Origin: Glycera tridactyla
Lineage: Eukaryota
NCBI GenBank assembly: GCA_965644265.1
Contig: OZ286476.1
Coordinates: 23,498,001 to 23,562,000 of the forward strand
Reading direction: 5' to 3'
Length of the DNA stretch: 64,000 bases
Shown: positions 63,691 through 64,000 of the stretch, piece by piece
Numbering within the stretch: position 1 is the first letter of the stretch
Layout: every line of letters begins with the position of its first letter
Position numbers and translations under genes: made by a program
Notes under the pieces: model-generated
What the model was told of the DNA's origin: nothing
Databases searched by the model: none
What the model saw: only the letters and a program-made list of their open reading frames with translations

Positions 63691-64000
63691 ATGGTTGACT
63701 TAGTAAAGCAACATGAAACTCTCCTGAAAATGTTTAAAATTGCTGGAAATACAGCATTTATAAGAGCAAGTTTATTATCTTCTTTAAATAAGAAGGAGGT
63801 AAGGGTATTTTCTCAGTTGGCGTACAACATTCTTTATGGTAACACCCCTCCCTCCAAAAATCAGAAAGAGTTGTTAATACTTCTAGAACCTCTACTCCAA
63901 GCGATATCTGATAAAAATAAGAGTCTTAAAAGGAAAAAACAGGAATTGATTGAATATGATGGAGAGGTTTTAGAATTTATTGTAATAATATTTGACACAC
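63691..64000 (+). CDS. Conserved small Polinton-type protein, runs off window end
   Basis: Open for 103 codons; LAYNILYGNTP..K..L..L..I..K..S.KRKK resembles the Polinton N.L.GN.P protein family. Confidence 0.6.
   Translation, partial: MVDLVKQHETLLKMFKIAGNTAFIRASLLSSLNKKEVRVFSQLAYNILYGNTPPSKNQKELLILLEPLLQAISDKNKSLKRKKQELIEYDGEVLEFIVIIFDT

Overview
This is a repeat-saturated eukaryotic locus, probably from an invertebrate animal (it carries a CR1/L2-type LINE, a tRNA-derived SINE, and Academ, hAT and TA-target MITE transposons). I see no host protein-coding gene, rRNA or CRISPR array. Most of the window is nested, partly duplicated Polinton/Maverick-like DNA from about three lineages. (1) An AT-rich lineage, all on the minus strand, encodes a protein-primed DNA polymerase B (~1,520 aa when reconstructed) plus many orphan genes. 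It has two young copies (29.2-39.9 kb and 48,953-58,582), an older decayed copy (~15-19.9 kb) and many fragments. The 48,953-58,582 copy is bounded by 115-bp TIRs with AGTAGT...ACTACT ends but has no integrase, capsid, ATPase or protease gene. The only intact AT-rich protease-like ORF (40,661-41,341) lacks both catalytic His and Cys. (2) A GC-rich 3.2-kb island on the plus strand (19.9-23.1 kb) carries the virion module: integrase chromodomain tail, minor capsid, basic core-like protein, major capsid, an orphan and a protease. (3) A further AT-rich Polinton-like block lies at the right edge (PC4-like ORF and a conserved small ORF). A 6.7-kb AcademX transposon (3,581-10,248) is confirmed by an empty site in the duplicated segment at 44.7 kb. 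All assignments come from motif recognition and by-eye alignment; no searches were run.
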